Shown here in pieces: positions 48,509 through 57,730 of a stretch of DNA of 64,000 bases (positions are counted from its first letter, which is position 1; every line of letters begins with the position of its first letter). This DNA comes from Firmicutes bacterium CAG:822 (GTDB taxonomy: Bacteria > Bacillota_I > Bacilli_A > RF39 > UBA660). The stretch lies in assembly GCA_000432855.1 (NCBI GenBank), contig HF990868.1:84534-148533 (forward strand). The letters are read 5' to 3'. Position numbers and translations under genes: made by a program. The notes below the pieces were generated by a model. It did no database searches and was not told the origin of the DNA. It saw nothing but the letters and a program-made list of their open reading frames with translations.

Positions 48509-49722
48509 TCACTTTCCCTTAAAGTTTTAAGTTCTAAAAGTTCTGTTACTGTTACAAATTTATATCCTTGTTTTTTTAAACTTTCAATCATATCTTCCAA
48601 AGCATTAAGTGAATAATCATGATTGTCATGCATTAAAATAATGCTGCCACTTTTTACGTTAGGTAAAACATTTTTCAAGATTTTATCTTTAGTTTTAACT
48701 TGCCAATCTCTAGAATCAACATCCCATAAAACAAATTTTAAATCAGTATAACTCTTTAAAGTATTTGTATATCCACCATAAGTTGGTCTAAATAGCGTTG
48801 GAGTAAAACCAGTAACCTTTTTAATTGCTTCCTGTGTTTTATTTAGTTCTTCTTGAAATTCTTCTTTGGATAACCTTGTTAGTAATTTATGATCGTAAGA
48901 ATGATTTCCTATCTCACTTCCTTCCTCCAGCATTCGCCTAAGCGTATCACTATAAAACTCGACCTTGTTGCCAATTAAAAAGAATGTCCCACATGCATTA
49001 TATTTTTTTAAAACATCTAAAATTTTATTTGTATATTTACTAGGACCATCGTCGAAAGTCAAAGCAACCACTTTATCATCTATAGACACATTTCTTTTTT
49101 TTATAGATAAATAAGTATCTTTACCTTCATTTATATCTATATCCACCAGCATCTTCAAACTATCCAAAGGAACATCTATGTATATTAATTCATCGTGTTT
49201 ACTCTTGATTTCTGCTGGATTAAAATAAAGGGTTAGATTTTCATCATCAATAGTAAAATAGTCATAACTGACATCGCTTAAATAATCCATATCCGCATCT
49301 TGATATTTTTCCAAGAGTTCTTTTTTTATCTCATAATCTAAGCCATTTAAATCTTCAACTAAATCTTCCATTGTTAAAAACTTATCGTTTGTTTTATTGT
49401 AAGTAAATGTCTTTATTTTATTAATAGTTTTATCAGTCACTATTTCTGTTTTTAAACTGACGTTTATAATGTCTTCATTAATTTCTTTATACGTATAAGA
49501 AATATTAAGTTCTGGTATCACTGAAGAATCCATATTTTTAAAATTATAATAAGTCTGATTCACGTAACTACTAATCGCATCATCTAAAACATTAATATTA
49601 GTCACTGGATAATTAATTGATACTAGTTCATCATTTGAACTAATATAACTTTCTACGTTTTTTTCTTTCTCACAGCCACAAAGTAATAAAACAAGTATCA
49701 CTAAAATTGTCACTTTCTTCAT
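48505..49722 (-). CDS. polysaccharide deacetylase (NodB domain) lipoprotein with N-terminal accessory domain
   Basis: Lipobox LLCGC; NodB motifs TFDDGP, HSYDH, LMHD. Confidence 0.8.
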   Translation of the reverse strand: MKKVTILVILVLLLCGCEKEKNVESYISSNDELVSINYPVTNINVLDDAISSYVNQTYYNFKNMDSSVIPELNISYTYKEINEDIINVSLKTEIVTDKTINKIKTFTYNKTNDKFLTMEDLVEDLNGLDYEIKKELLEKYQDADMDYLSDVSYDYFTIDDENLTLYFNPAEIKSKHDELIYIDVPLDSLKMLVDIDINEGKDTYLSIKKRNVSIDDKVVALTFDDGPSKYTNKILDVLKKYNACGTFFLIGNKVEFYSDTLRRMLEEGSEIGNHSYDHKLLTRLSKEEFQEELNKTQEAIKKVTGFTPTLFRPTYGGYTNTLKSYTDLKFVLWDVDSRDWQVKTKDKILKNVLPNVKSGSIILMHDNHDYSLNALEDMIESLKKQGYKFVTVTELLELKTLRESE

Positions 49723-49954
49723 CTAAATCACCCTTAAACAAGTATATGTTTTGTTTGTATTCTATATACCTAAAAAGCGAACATTTTACCTTTTATATTT
49801 ACAAATATTCACGATTTTTTTAAAAGTCAAAAATATAAAAAATAAGAAAATAGAAAAAAACCAAAAATTAAAAAGACGTATTTTTGACAAAAAATCAAAA
49901 ATAACAAAAGTGAAGAAAAAAACGCACAAACTAAACAAAAATAAGGGCAAAACC

Positions 49955-49970
49955 GTGTACTAAAGTACAC
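49955..49970. promoter_or_regulatory. palindrome GTGTACTAAAGTACAC in A-rich nrdD upstream region
   Basis: 7-bp perfect inverted arms, ~200 bp upstream of nrdD. Promoter-like TTGACT-17-TATAAT at 50114-50142. Confidence 0.3.
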
Positions 49971-50166
49971 AAAAGCACAAAAACAAAAATCAAAAAAAGT
50001 AAAAATGTAAAAATGTAAAATTTTACAAAAATTTATTTTTTGAAAAAATATTGAAAAATAAAGGCTCGCGAAATGTCTTAAAAAAAACTTCAAAAAAAAC
50101 GAACATTTCTATTGACTCTCACAATAACGCGGTATATAATCAGTGTAGAAAATATGGGAGGTACTT

Positions 50167-52464
50167 ATGACAATTGAAGAAGAAAAATTAGACTACTTAA
50201 CAGTCATCAAACGTAGTGGGAAAAAGGTTGAATGGAATGGTACTAAAATTGCCATTGCCATCAAAAAATCCTTTGATAGTCTAGAAAAGGGCGAAGAAAA
50301 AAGTTATTCAGAAAAAGACGTTAATAAAGTTTATAATGCAGTTATCAAACGCATAGAAAAAGAATATAAAAATGAAGAAAAAATTAAAATAGAAGCTATT
50401 CAAGATTTAATTGAAGCTGAACTTCAAAAACAAGGGTATCCAGATGTTTATAAAGCATTTGCTGATTACCGTGAAAGAAGAAATATTTCAAGGCAAGTTT
50501 TCTTCGGTGAAAAGAAACAACACAAATTTTTAAAAGCATTAGAAAGTTTAGGACTAAAATCATCTTACGAAGAAAATGCTAAGAGAGAAAATGCTAATGT
50601 TGACGGTGATACTGCCATGGGAACAATGCTTCAATATGGCTCAACCGTTTCTAAAGAATTTGCTAAGGCATATTTAATGAAACCAAAATTCGCTGAAGCT
50701 CACGACAATGGTGATATTCATATTCACGATATGGATTTCTTACCAATGGGTACTACAACTTGCTGCCAAATAGATATCCGTAAACTATTTAAAAATGGTT
50801 TCTCAACAGGCCATGGTTATCTAAGAGAACCAAAAGATATTATTAGTTATACCGCTTTAGCTGCTATTGCTATTCAAGCCAATCAAAATGATCAACACGG
50901 TGGCCAAGCTATTCCAGCTTTTGATTACTATATGGCTCCAGGCGTTTTGGCTACATTTAAAAAACAATTAAAACAAGCCATTTATGATTATTTAGATTTA
51001 ACTGATTTTGAATATTTCATAAATATGGATAGAGTAGCTAAAGAAATAGATAAATTAAAAACTATCGATATAGATTTAAGTATGTTTGATTCATTTACTA
51101 AAGATTCAGACCAAGTAAAAAGGTTATTCAAAAAAGCTTATGAAAAGGCTTATGAAAAAACCGATAGACAAACATATCAAGCAATGGAAGCATTTATTCA
51201 TAATTTAAATACTATGCATTCAAGAGCTGGTGCTCAAGTACCATTCTCATCAATTAACTTTGGAACAGATACGTCACCAGAAGGTAGAATGGTCATGAAA
51301 AATTATTTACTTGCTACTGATGCTGGTTTGGGAAATCATGAAACTCCAATTTTTCCAATTTCAATTTTCAAAGTAAAAGAAGGAGTTAATTATAATGAAG
51401 GAGATCCAAACTATGATTTATTTAAATTATCTTGTGAAGTTTCCGCAAAAAGATTATTTCCAAACTTTTCATTTATCGATGCTCCATTTAACTTAGAATA
51501 TTATAAACCAGACGATTACGAAACAGAAGTAGGATATATGGGTTGTCGAACTAGAGTTTTAGCTGATATAACATCAGATTATCCAGTAACTCCAGGTAGA
51601 GGTAACCTCTCATTCACATCTATTAATTTACCAAGATTAGGTATTAAACACGGAATTGTCAGCGGAGAAACTGATTTAGATGGTTTCTTTAAAGAATTAG
51701 AAGAACTAATGGAATTAGTAAAAGATCAATTACTTGAAAGATTTGAAATACAATGCTCTAAGAGAATTTATAATTTCCCATTCTTATTAGGTCAAGGAGT
51801 TTGGATGGACAGTGAAAAACTAAAACCGACAGACCGCTTAAGAAAAGTCTTAAAACATGGCACGCTTACAATTGGTTTTATCGGATTAGCCGAATGTTTA
51901 AAAGCATTAATTGGTAAACATCATGGTGAAAGTGAAGAAGCCCAAAAACTAGGACTAAAAATAATTGGATTTATGAGAAAGAAACTAGATGAATACTCTA
52001 AAGAATATAATTTAAATTTCTCATTGATTGCAACCCCAGCTGAAGGGTTATCAGGTAGATTTACCAATATTGATAAAGCTATATATGGAAAAATAAAAGG
52101 TGTAACTGACAAGGATTATTATACAAATTCATTCCATGTTCCAGTTTATTATAATATTTCAGCTGTTAAAAAAATTCAAATAGAAGCTCCATACCATGCT
52201 CTTACTAATGGTGGACATATCACTTATGTTGAGTTAGATGGTGATACCGCTATGAATGTTGATGCATTCGAAAAAATCATTAGAGTTATGCATGATAATG
52301 GTATTGGTTATGGTGCTATAAATCACCCTGTAGACCGCGACCCAGTTTGTGGATATACTGGTGTAATTGGTGATTTCTGTCCAGGATGTGGACGTAAGGA
52401 AGGCGAAGGCGTTCCAATGGAAAGAATAAAAAACGCAAGTTTAAACTCTTGCGGAGGAAGATAG
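50167..52464 (+). CDS. nrdD: anaerobic ribonucleoside-triphosphate reductase NrdD, ending at TAG before the glycyl-radical domain
   Basis: ATP cone, class III RNR core and C-terminal Zn-ribbon cysteines (..CGYTGVIGDFCPGCG..). Stop TAG 52462-64. No glycyl-radical motif inside this ORF. Confidence 0.9.
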   Translation: MTIEEEKLDYLTVIKRSGKKVEWNGTKIAIAIKKSFDSLEKGEEKSYSEKDVNKVYNAVIKRIEKEYKNEEKIKIEAIQDLIEAELQKQGYPDVYKAFADYRERRNISRQVFFGEKKQHKFLKALESLGLKSSYEENAKRENANVDGDTAMGTMLQYGSTVSKEFAKAYLMKPKFAEAHDNGDIHIHDMDFLPMGTTTCCQIDIRKLFKNGFSTGHGYLREPKDIISYTALAAIAIQANQNDQHGGQAIPAFDYYMAPGVLATFKKQLKQAIYDYLDLTDFEYFINMDRVAKEIDKLKTIDIDLSMFDSFTKDSDQVKRLFKKAYEKAYEKTDRQTYQAMEAFIHNLNTMHSRAGAQVPFSSINFGTDTSPEGRMVMKNYLLATDAGLGNHETPIFPISIFKVKEGVNYNEGDPNYDLFKLSCEVSAKRLFPNFSFIDAPFNLEYYKPDDYETEVGYMGCRTRVLADITSDYPVTPGRGNLSFTSINLPRLGIKHGIVSGETDLDGFFKELEELMELVKDQLLERFEIQCSKRIYNFPFLLGQGVWMDSEKLKPTDRLRKVLKHGTLTIGFIGLAECLKALIGKHHGESEEAQKLGLKIIGFMRKKLDEYSKEYNLNFSLIATPAEGLSGRFTNIDKAIYGKIKGVTDKDYYTNSFHVPVYYNISAVKKIQIEAPYHALTNGGHITYVELDGDTAMNVDAFEKIIRVMHDNGIGYGAINHPVDRDPVCGYTGVIGDFCPGCGRKEGEGVPMERIKNASLNSCGGR

Positions 52465-52476
52465 GAGGAAAATAAA

Positions 52477-52644
52477 ATGAAAGCAGATGAAAAAAAAGTA
52501 GGAGAAGGAGTAAAATTCGAAAGAATTAGAAGAATTACAGGTTATTTAGTAGGTACTACTGATAGATTCAATAATGCTAAAAGAGCCGAAGAACATGACC
52601 GTGTAAAACACAGTACTGCTGGACTTATGAAAGAAGCTAAATAA
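52477..52644 (+). CDS. separate glycyl-radical domain ORF (RIRRITGYLVG), same frame as nrdD, own SD and ATG
   Basis: AGGAGG (52463-68) 8 nt before ATG 52477. 55 aa with the class III RNR glycyl-radical signature; stop TAA overlaps the nrdG ATG (taATG). Confidence 0.6.
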   Translation: MKADEKKVGEGVKFERIRRITGYLVGTTDRFNNAKRAEEHDRVKHSTAGLMKEAK

Positions 52645-53195
52645 TGAAAATACGTTTAGCCAGCGACTTACAACCAGATAGTATAGTCGATGGCCCAGGA
52701 ATTAGAACCGTCGTTTGGACTCAGGGGTGTAGCCATAATTGTGAAGGATGTCACAATCCAACTACCCATGATTTTAAAGGCGGCTTTTCTGTCAGTACTG
52801 ATGAAGTGAATCAAGAGTTAGATACTCTTTTAGGTCAACAAGGCATTACCTTATCAGGTGGTGACCCAATGTTTCAAGCTAAAGCTTGTGCTGAAATAGC
52901 TAAACATGCCAAAGAAATTGGCTTAAATGTATGGTGCTATACCGGCTTTACCTATGAAGAAGTTCTTAAAAGTAAAGATATGTTAGAACTATTAAAATAC
53001 GTTGATGTTCTTGTCGATGGCAAATTTGATATCAAAGAATTTAGTTTGAACTTAGATTTTAGAGGTTCTAGAAATCAAAGAATTATTGATGTTCAAGCAA
53101 GTTTAAAAGAAAATAAAGTAATTCTAATTGATAAATACATGCATGAACGTACTCATAAAATTGAAATTCCAAGAAAGAAACATGTATATATATAA
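52644..53195 (+). CDS. nrdG: anaerobic ribonucleotide reductase activating protein (radical SAM)
   Basis: GCSHNCEGCHN (CxxxCxxC), ~180 aa, immediately downstream of nrdD. Confidence 0.9.
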   Translation: MKIRLASDLQPDSIVDGPGIRTVVWTQGCSHNCEGCHNPTTHDFKGGFSVSTDEVNQELDTLLGQQGITLSGGDPMFQAKACAEIAKHAKEIGLNVWCYTGFTYEEVLKSKDMLELLKYVDVLVDGKFDIKEFSLNLDFRGSRNQRIIDVQASLKENKVILIDKYMHERTHKIEIPRKKHVYI

Positions 53196-53203
53196 GGAGA
53201 AAT

Positions 53204-53806
53204 ATGAACAAAGAAGGATTAAGAAAATTAACCTATGGTGTATATATTATTAATACCAAAGATAGTGGTTGTGTTGTAAATACTTTGACTCAAGTTACTA
53301 ATGATAATGTAATAGTTGCTATTAATAAAGAAAATTATACCAATACAATGTTAAAAAAATATAAAAAATTTAATGCTACAGTACTTACCCAAAATACCGA
53401 TATGAAAGTCATTCAAACTTTTGGCTTTACAAGTAGTAAAGATACTGATAAATATGTAGATTTTAAAACAGAACGAGATAGTAACGGTATTAAATATCTA
53501 AAAGATCATATGGCAGCATTAATCGAATGCGAAGTGAAAAATGAAATAGATTTGGACACTCATACTATATTTATTGCTAAAGTTATAAATACAAAAAAGC
53601 TATCAGATGAAGAAGTAATGACTTACGATTATTATCATAAAGTAAAAAAAGGCGTAACACCACCAAAAGCACCAACATATGAAAAAACAAAAAAAGGATA
53701 TCGTTGCCCAATCTGTGGTTATGTTTATGAGGGTGACACTTTGCCAGATGATTTCGTATGTCCAATTTGTGGAGCTCCTGCCAGCGTTTTTGAGAAAATA
53801 GATTAA
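53204..53806 (+). CDS. flavin reductase-like domain fused to rubredoxin (high-molecular-weight rubredoxin type)
   Basis: N-terminal FMN-binding split-barrel-like region; C-terminal CPICGYVYEG...CPICGAP rubredoxin. Confidence 0.7.
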   Translation: MNKEGLRKLTYGVYIINTKDSGCVVNTLTQVTNDNVIVAINKENYTNTMLKKYKKFNATVLTQNTDMKVIQTFGFTSSKDTDKYVDFKTERDSNGIKYLKDHMAALIECEVKNEIDLDTHTIFIAKVINTKKLSDEEVMTYDYYHKVKKGVTPPKAPTYEKTKKGYRCPICGYVYEGDTLPDDFVCPICGAPASVFEKID

Positions 53807-53882
53807 ACTATTTTCTTTTTTTCGACATTTATTGACAAAGTAAAATTCCTCTGATATTCTAAAATAGAAAGTAGGGGAGAAA

Positions 53883-55097
53883 ATGAAAAAAAGTTTTAAA
53901 GTTTTATGTCTTATGTTAGTTGCTTTTATGATGTCTGGATGCATGAAATTTAACATGAATATGGATATAAATAGCGACAAAAGTATGAATTTAGAACTTA
54001 TAGTCGCATTTGCAAATGAAATGATGGGAAGTTCTAATGAAACTAATATGGATAATAGTGAAATCCAAAAACTTAAAGATAATGGATTTAATGTTGAAGA
54101 GTATTCTGATGACACTATGACTGGATATACAATTTCCACAAAGATAAATAATATTGATGATGTTAGTACTGAAAAAGATACCATGTTTAATTTAAATGAT
54201 ATTTTCAATGGTGAAAAATTATCTGATATCTTTACCGTAAAAAAAGGCTTTTTCAAAAATACTTATACAGTTAAAATTGGTGAAGAAGAATCAACTGATA
54301 TGACAAATGAACTTGAAGATGATTTAAACTCTACATATTCTAATGACTCATTATTAGCCACAGATGATGCAGATTTATCAATGCTTTTAAATAGTATGGA
54401 TATAAATTTCACAATTAATTTACCATATAAAGCTATAAGTAGTAATGCTACTAATACAGAAAACAATGGAAAAACATTAGTATGGCAACCAACATCAGCT
54501 AGCAATTCTTCTAGTAATATTGAATTTTCTTTTGAACTTTACAATATGACTAACATTTATTTAATGGTTGGAATTGTAATTCTAATTATTGTGATCATTA
54601 TTATTTTAATTGTTAAACATTGCAAAAAAACAAAATCTAATAAATCCTCATTAAACTCACACAAAAATGAGTCAACTTTAAATAATGAAACCGTAGAAAC
54701 ACATGTGACTCCAATAACTGAACCCTCAAATCCAACAAATATTCAGACAAACACAATTTCAAATTTAAATAATGAGACTCTAATCACTACACCAGTTGCC
54801 CAAGTTCAAGAGGTATCACCAGAGCCAGTAGCTACAGCTACTCCAGTTCAAGAAGTCACACCAGTAAAAACTATAGCTCCAACAGGAACTACTGTAACTC
54901 AAGTAGAACCATTCGCATCAGCTCCACAGCCTAGCACACCTGAGCCATTACAAGAAAATCAAAATACTGTGGAAAACACTAATGTTGGCGCAGAACCAAT
55001 AGTAACTGTTAATTCTGAAACTCAAAAACCAGAAAATAGTGTCAACACAGTTACTACTGACATATTTAATGCATTACCAAACGATGAAAACAAATAA
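53883..55097 (+). CDS. lipoprotein with central TM helix and Pro/Thr/Val-rich repetitive C-terminal region
   Basis: Lipobox MMSGC; TM IYLMVGIVILIIVIIIILIV; repeats ..EVSPEPVATATPVQEVTPV.. Confidence 0.5.
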   Translation: MKKSFKVLCLMLVAFMMSGCMKFNMNMDINSDKSMNLELIVAFANEMMGSSNETNMDNSEIQKLKDNGFNVEEYSDDTMTGYTISTKINNIDDVSTEKDTMFNLNDIFNGEKLSDIFTVKKGFFKNTYTVKIGEEESTDMTNELEDDLNSTYSNDSLLATDDADLSMLLNSMDINFTINLPYKAISSNATNTENNGKTLVWQPTSASNSSSNIEFSFELYNMTNIYLMVGIVILIIVIIIILIVKHCKKTKSNKSSLNSHKNESTLNNETVETHVTPITEPSNPTNIQTNTISNLNNETLITTPVAQVQEVSPEPVATATPVQEVTPVKTIAPTGTTVTQVEPFASAPQPSTPEPLQENQNTVENTNVGAEPIVTVNSETQKPENSVNTVTTDIFNALPNDENK

Positions 55098-55111
55098 CAT
55101 AAGATAAAACG

Positions 55112-55136
55112 AAGTCTATAATTAGACTTTTTTTCT
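55112..55136 (+). terminator. rho-independent terminator (AAGTCTA-taat-TAGACTT + T run)
   Basis: Perfect 7-bp stem followed by 7 T. Confidence 0.65.
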
Positions 55137-55198
55137 TGTTAAAATCTTTGAAAATAATTATAGATGTGCTAAAATGATAATATACGAGGGGTGATTAA

Positions 55199-56521
55199 AT
55201 GAAAAGACAAACTTATGTCGATGAAGAAGGCAATCCAATTAACCAGTCATTGGAAAACAAAAAACCATTACTTCGCTTTTTCTTTGTATTTGGAACAATT
55301 CTACCAATTATAATTTTAATTTTTATTGTTGTTGCTGTAATTCAAAATAACAATTGTTTAAAAATATATGACACATTAAAAAGTGCTAGTTTAAAATATG
55401 CCAAAGATCAAGGTAGTATACCAACCCTCGAAGGGGAAAGCACCAGTGTTAGACTAGATGATTTATATAATAATGAATATCTAAGAAGTGCCAGTACCGA
55501 TAACACACTTTGCTCAGGTACTGTAAAAATAACTAAATATAAAAATGATTATGTTTATACCATAGATGCTAGAAATTGTGGCAAATGTTCAGTAAATACT
55601 AAATATGGAGAATGGAGTGCTGAACAAACCGCCTATCCAAGTGGTAAGGCCATTATTGATGTTATTCCTTATTATAATTATTATGATAGAGAAGTGAGTA
55701 CTACTGAATGGACTGATTATTTTGATGATTCACAGTTACAAGATGAAACCTCAGAATATGGTATTAAATTGCCACTAGATGAGGAAGAACTTCCAGAAGT
55801 TCCATCAGAAGGAAATATTGTTAACATCGAAAACCAAACTACATATTATTATCGTTATCGCGACCGTAGTTGGAAATGGTATGACATAGAAGGAGACTAT
55901 TCAGAATTTTCATCCGAACAACCTTCAGGATATGCCAATAGAGATGATAGTAGTGAAATATATACTGAATGGACTGAATGGTCTTTAAATTACCCAGAGG
56001 AAAAAGATTACCGTACTATTGAAAATACCGTCGGTTACAAATTTTATTATCTAAATGATAAAGGTGATAAAGTTTATTATAATAATGGAAAATATACTGC
56101 CAGAGATGATGTTGATACCACAAAATATAATAAAACAGATGAAGATACAACAACCCTATATCGTTATCGCGATAAAAAGTGGCGTTGGTATAATGGTACA
56201 AAACGTAAATACAGTTCATATTCTTCTAGTCAGCCTAGTCAAATGCCATATAAAGATAGAGACACTGAGACATTAGGTAATCCAACATCATGGTATGCCG
56301 AAAGCCGTGTAAATGAAAGTAACCAAGAATACCGTGTAGAGGAAAGAAAACTCATGACTAGATTCAGAATTGAGTATGAAATTTTATCTTTAAAAGTCTT
56401 AGATACCCCATTAAATCATTCGGATTTTGAAGAAAAAGTAAAAATGTCTATACCAGAATTTGCTACTAACGAAAATTATAAATTAGAAGTAACTTATAAA
56501 TTTAAATATCGAAAAAGCTAG
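55199..56521 (+). CDS. membrane-anchored protein with tandem YRYRD-x2-W-x-WY...S-rich repeats
   Basis: N-terminal TM; two repeats TTYYYRYRDRSWKWYD..SEQPSGY and TTLYRYRDKKWRWYN..SSQPSQ. Confidence 0.5.
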   Translation: MKRQTYVDEEGNPINQSLENKKPLLRFFFVFGTILPIIILIFIVVAVIQNNNCLKIYDTLKSASLKYAKDQGSIPTLEGESTSVRLDDLYNNEYLRSASTDNTLCSGTVKITKYKNDYVYTIDARNCGKCSVNTKYGEWSAEQTAYPSGKAIIDVIPYYNYYDREVSTTEWTDYFDDSQLQDETSEYGIKLPLDEEELPEVPSEGNIVNIENQTTYYYRYRDRSWKWYDIEGDYSEFSSEQPSGYANRDDSSEIYTEWTEWSLNYPEEKDYRTIENTVGYKFYYLNDKGDKVYYNNGKYTARDDVDTTKYNKTDEDTTTLYRYRDKKWRWYNGTKRKYSSYSSSQPSQMPYKDRDTETLGNPTSWYAESRVNESNQEYRVEERKLMTRFRIEYEILSLKVLDTPLNHSDFEEKVKMSIPEFATNENYKLEVTYKFKYRKS

Positions 56522-56540
56522 AGTCAATCTCTAGCTTTTG
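56517..56540 (+). terminator. rho-independent terminator (GCTAGAG-tcaat-CTCTAGC + T run)
   Basis: Perfect 7-bp stem overlapping the stop codon. Confidence 0.6.
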
Positions 56541-56575
56541 TAATTATTAATTATATATTTTGAATATATTTAAAT

Positions 56576-57337
56576 ATGAATAGAATTCACTTAAAAAGAA
56601 AATTTAAATTATCAAAAATAAAGCCAATTAATTTAATTGCTATTTTTATTGTGGCCATTTTAGTTGGAATATATTTTATTTTTGGATATATAAAAGAAAG
56701 AATTATGCCATCAATTTTTAAATATGGAGCCCTAGAAGCAAAAAAGTTTTCAAGTATTATTGTCAATGATGCAATTGATAAATATATAACAGAAAAAGTT
56801 GAGGTGGATAATCTATTTATAGTTTCCACCAATTCAGAAGGAGAAATTACCTCCATTGATTTTAATACAGCATTAATAAATCAATATTTGACAGACACTA
56901 CTAAAAGTATCCAAAAAAACTTAAAATACATAGAAAATGGTGATATTCAAAAAGTTGAATATCAAGCTGATTTATTAGAAAACTATGATAAAGATGCTTT
57001 AAAAAACGGGGTTATTTATTACTTAAATAGTGGTTTTATATTTAATAATCCAATATTTTCAAACTTTGGTGCCCAAATTCCTATAAAAATATCATTAACC
57101 GGTGATGTCATTACCAATATAGCAACTGAAGTTACTAATTATGGAATTAATAATGCTTTAATTAAAGTATATGTTAATATTGAAATTACCGAGCAAGTTA
57201 TACTTCCATATTATGATAAAGAAATAAAAATTGAAAATAAAGTTCCAATTGCTTTAAAACTAGTAACCGGAACCGTTCCAAGTTACTATGGCAATCTAAA
57301 CACCGCAACCCCATCTTTAACTCTGCCAAATAGCTAA
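56576..57337 (+). CDS. yunB: sporulation protein YunB-like
   Basis: N-terminal TM; IPIKISLTGDVITNIATEVTNYGINNALIKVYVNIEI..KVPIALKLVTGTVP matches the YunB family core. Confidence 0.6.
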   Translation: MNRIHLKRKFKLSKIKPINLIAIFIVAILVGIYFIFGYIKERIMPSIFKYGALEAKKFSSIIVNDAIDKYITEKVEVDNLFIVSTNSEGEITSIDFNTALINQYLTDTTKSIQKNLKYIENGDIQKVEYQADLLENYDKDALKNGVIYYLNSGFIFNNPIFSNFGAQIPIKISLTGDVITNIATEVTNYGINNALIKVYVNIEITEQVILPYYDKEIKIENKVPIALKLVTGTVPSYYGNLNTATPSLTLPNS

Positions 57338-57367
57338 ATTATGTTATAATAAACATAGGTGATATAA

Positions 57368-57649
57368 ATGAAAAAATATAAAATAGAAAATAATGATTAT
57401 GAATTAATCAAAGATTATAAAAATGGTTTTGATTACGACGCCATAAAAGAAAGATATACAGAATATTTTGATGATTATGATTATATTTTAGGTGATTGGT
57501 CATATGGTAAATTACGTCTAAAAGGTTTCTGTGAAAAAAATAATCCAAAATTTAAACCTATAAATGATATCGAAAAAGCCGAAGAATATATTAAAAGTAA
57601 TGGCGCATACGATTGTAAATACTTTATCTTAAAAAAAATATACAAATAA
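57368..57649 (+). CDS. small protein, YutD (DUF1027)-like
   Basis: 93 aa; ..YDYILGDWSYGKLRLKGF.. pattern; YunB/YutD neighbourhood as in Bacillus. Confidence 0.4.
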   Translation: MKKYKIENNDYELIKDYKNGFDYDAIKERYTEYFDDYDYILGDWSYGKLRLKGFCEKNNPKFKPINDIEKAEEYIKSNGAYDCKYFILKKIYK

Positions 57650-57730
57650 TTGTATATTTTTTCCATTCAATTTATCTAGTAAAAAATTGAATAATCTGAT
57701 ATAATGAATTAATGATAGGGAGGCACATCT

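Noticed and set aside
49955-49970. NrdR box upstream of nrdD
   Set aside because: The palindrome is GTGT..ACAC in orientation rather than the ACAC..GTGT of the NrdR consensus, and no tandem second box at ~31-bp spacing was seen. It is kept only as an unassigned palindrome.
49751-50093. ORFs 49751..49963 (+, K-rich) and 49827..50093 (-, F-rich)
   Set aside because: Mirror-image low-complexity translations of an A-rich tract; no RBS, and they overlap each other on opposite strands.
52462-52464. Treating the nrdD TAG as pyrrolysine or other recoding
   Set aside because: No pyl gene context in the window and the organism type does not suggest it. The adjacent SD+ATG makes re-initiation or a split gene the simpler explanation.
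53603-54256. 217-aa minus-strand ORF overlapping the rubredoxin-fusion and lipoprotein genes
   Set aside because: Antisense to two well-supported genes and low-complexity hydrophobic; a typical AT-rich shadow ORF.
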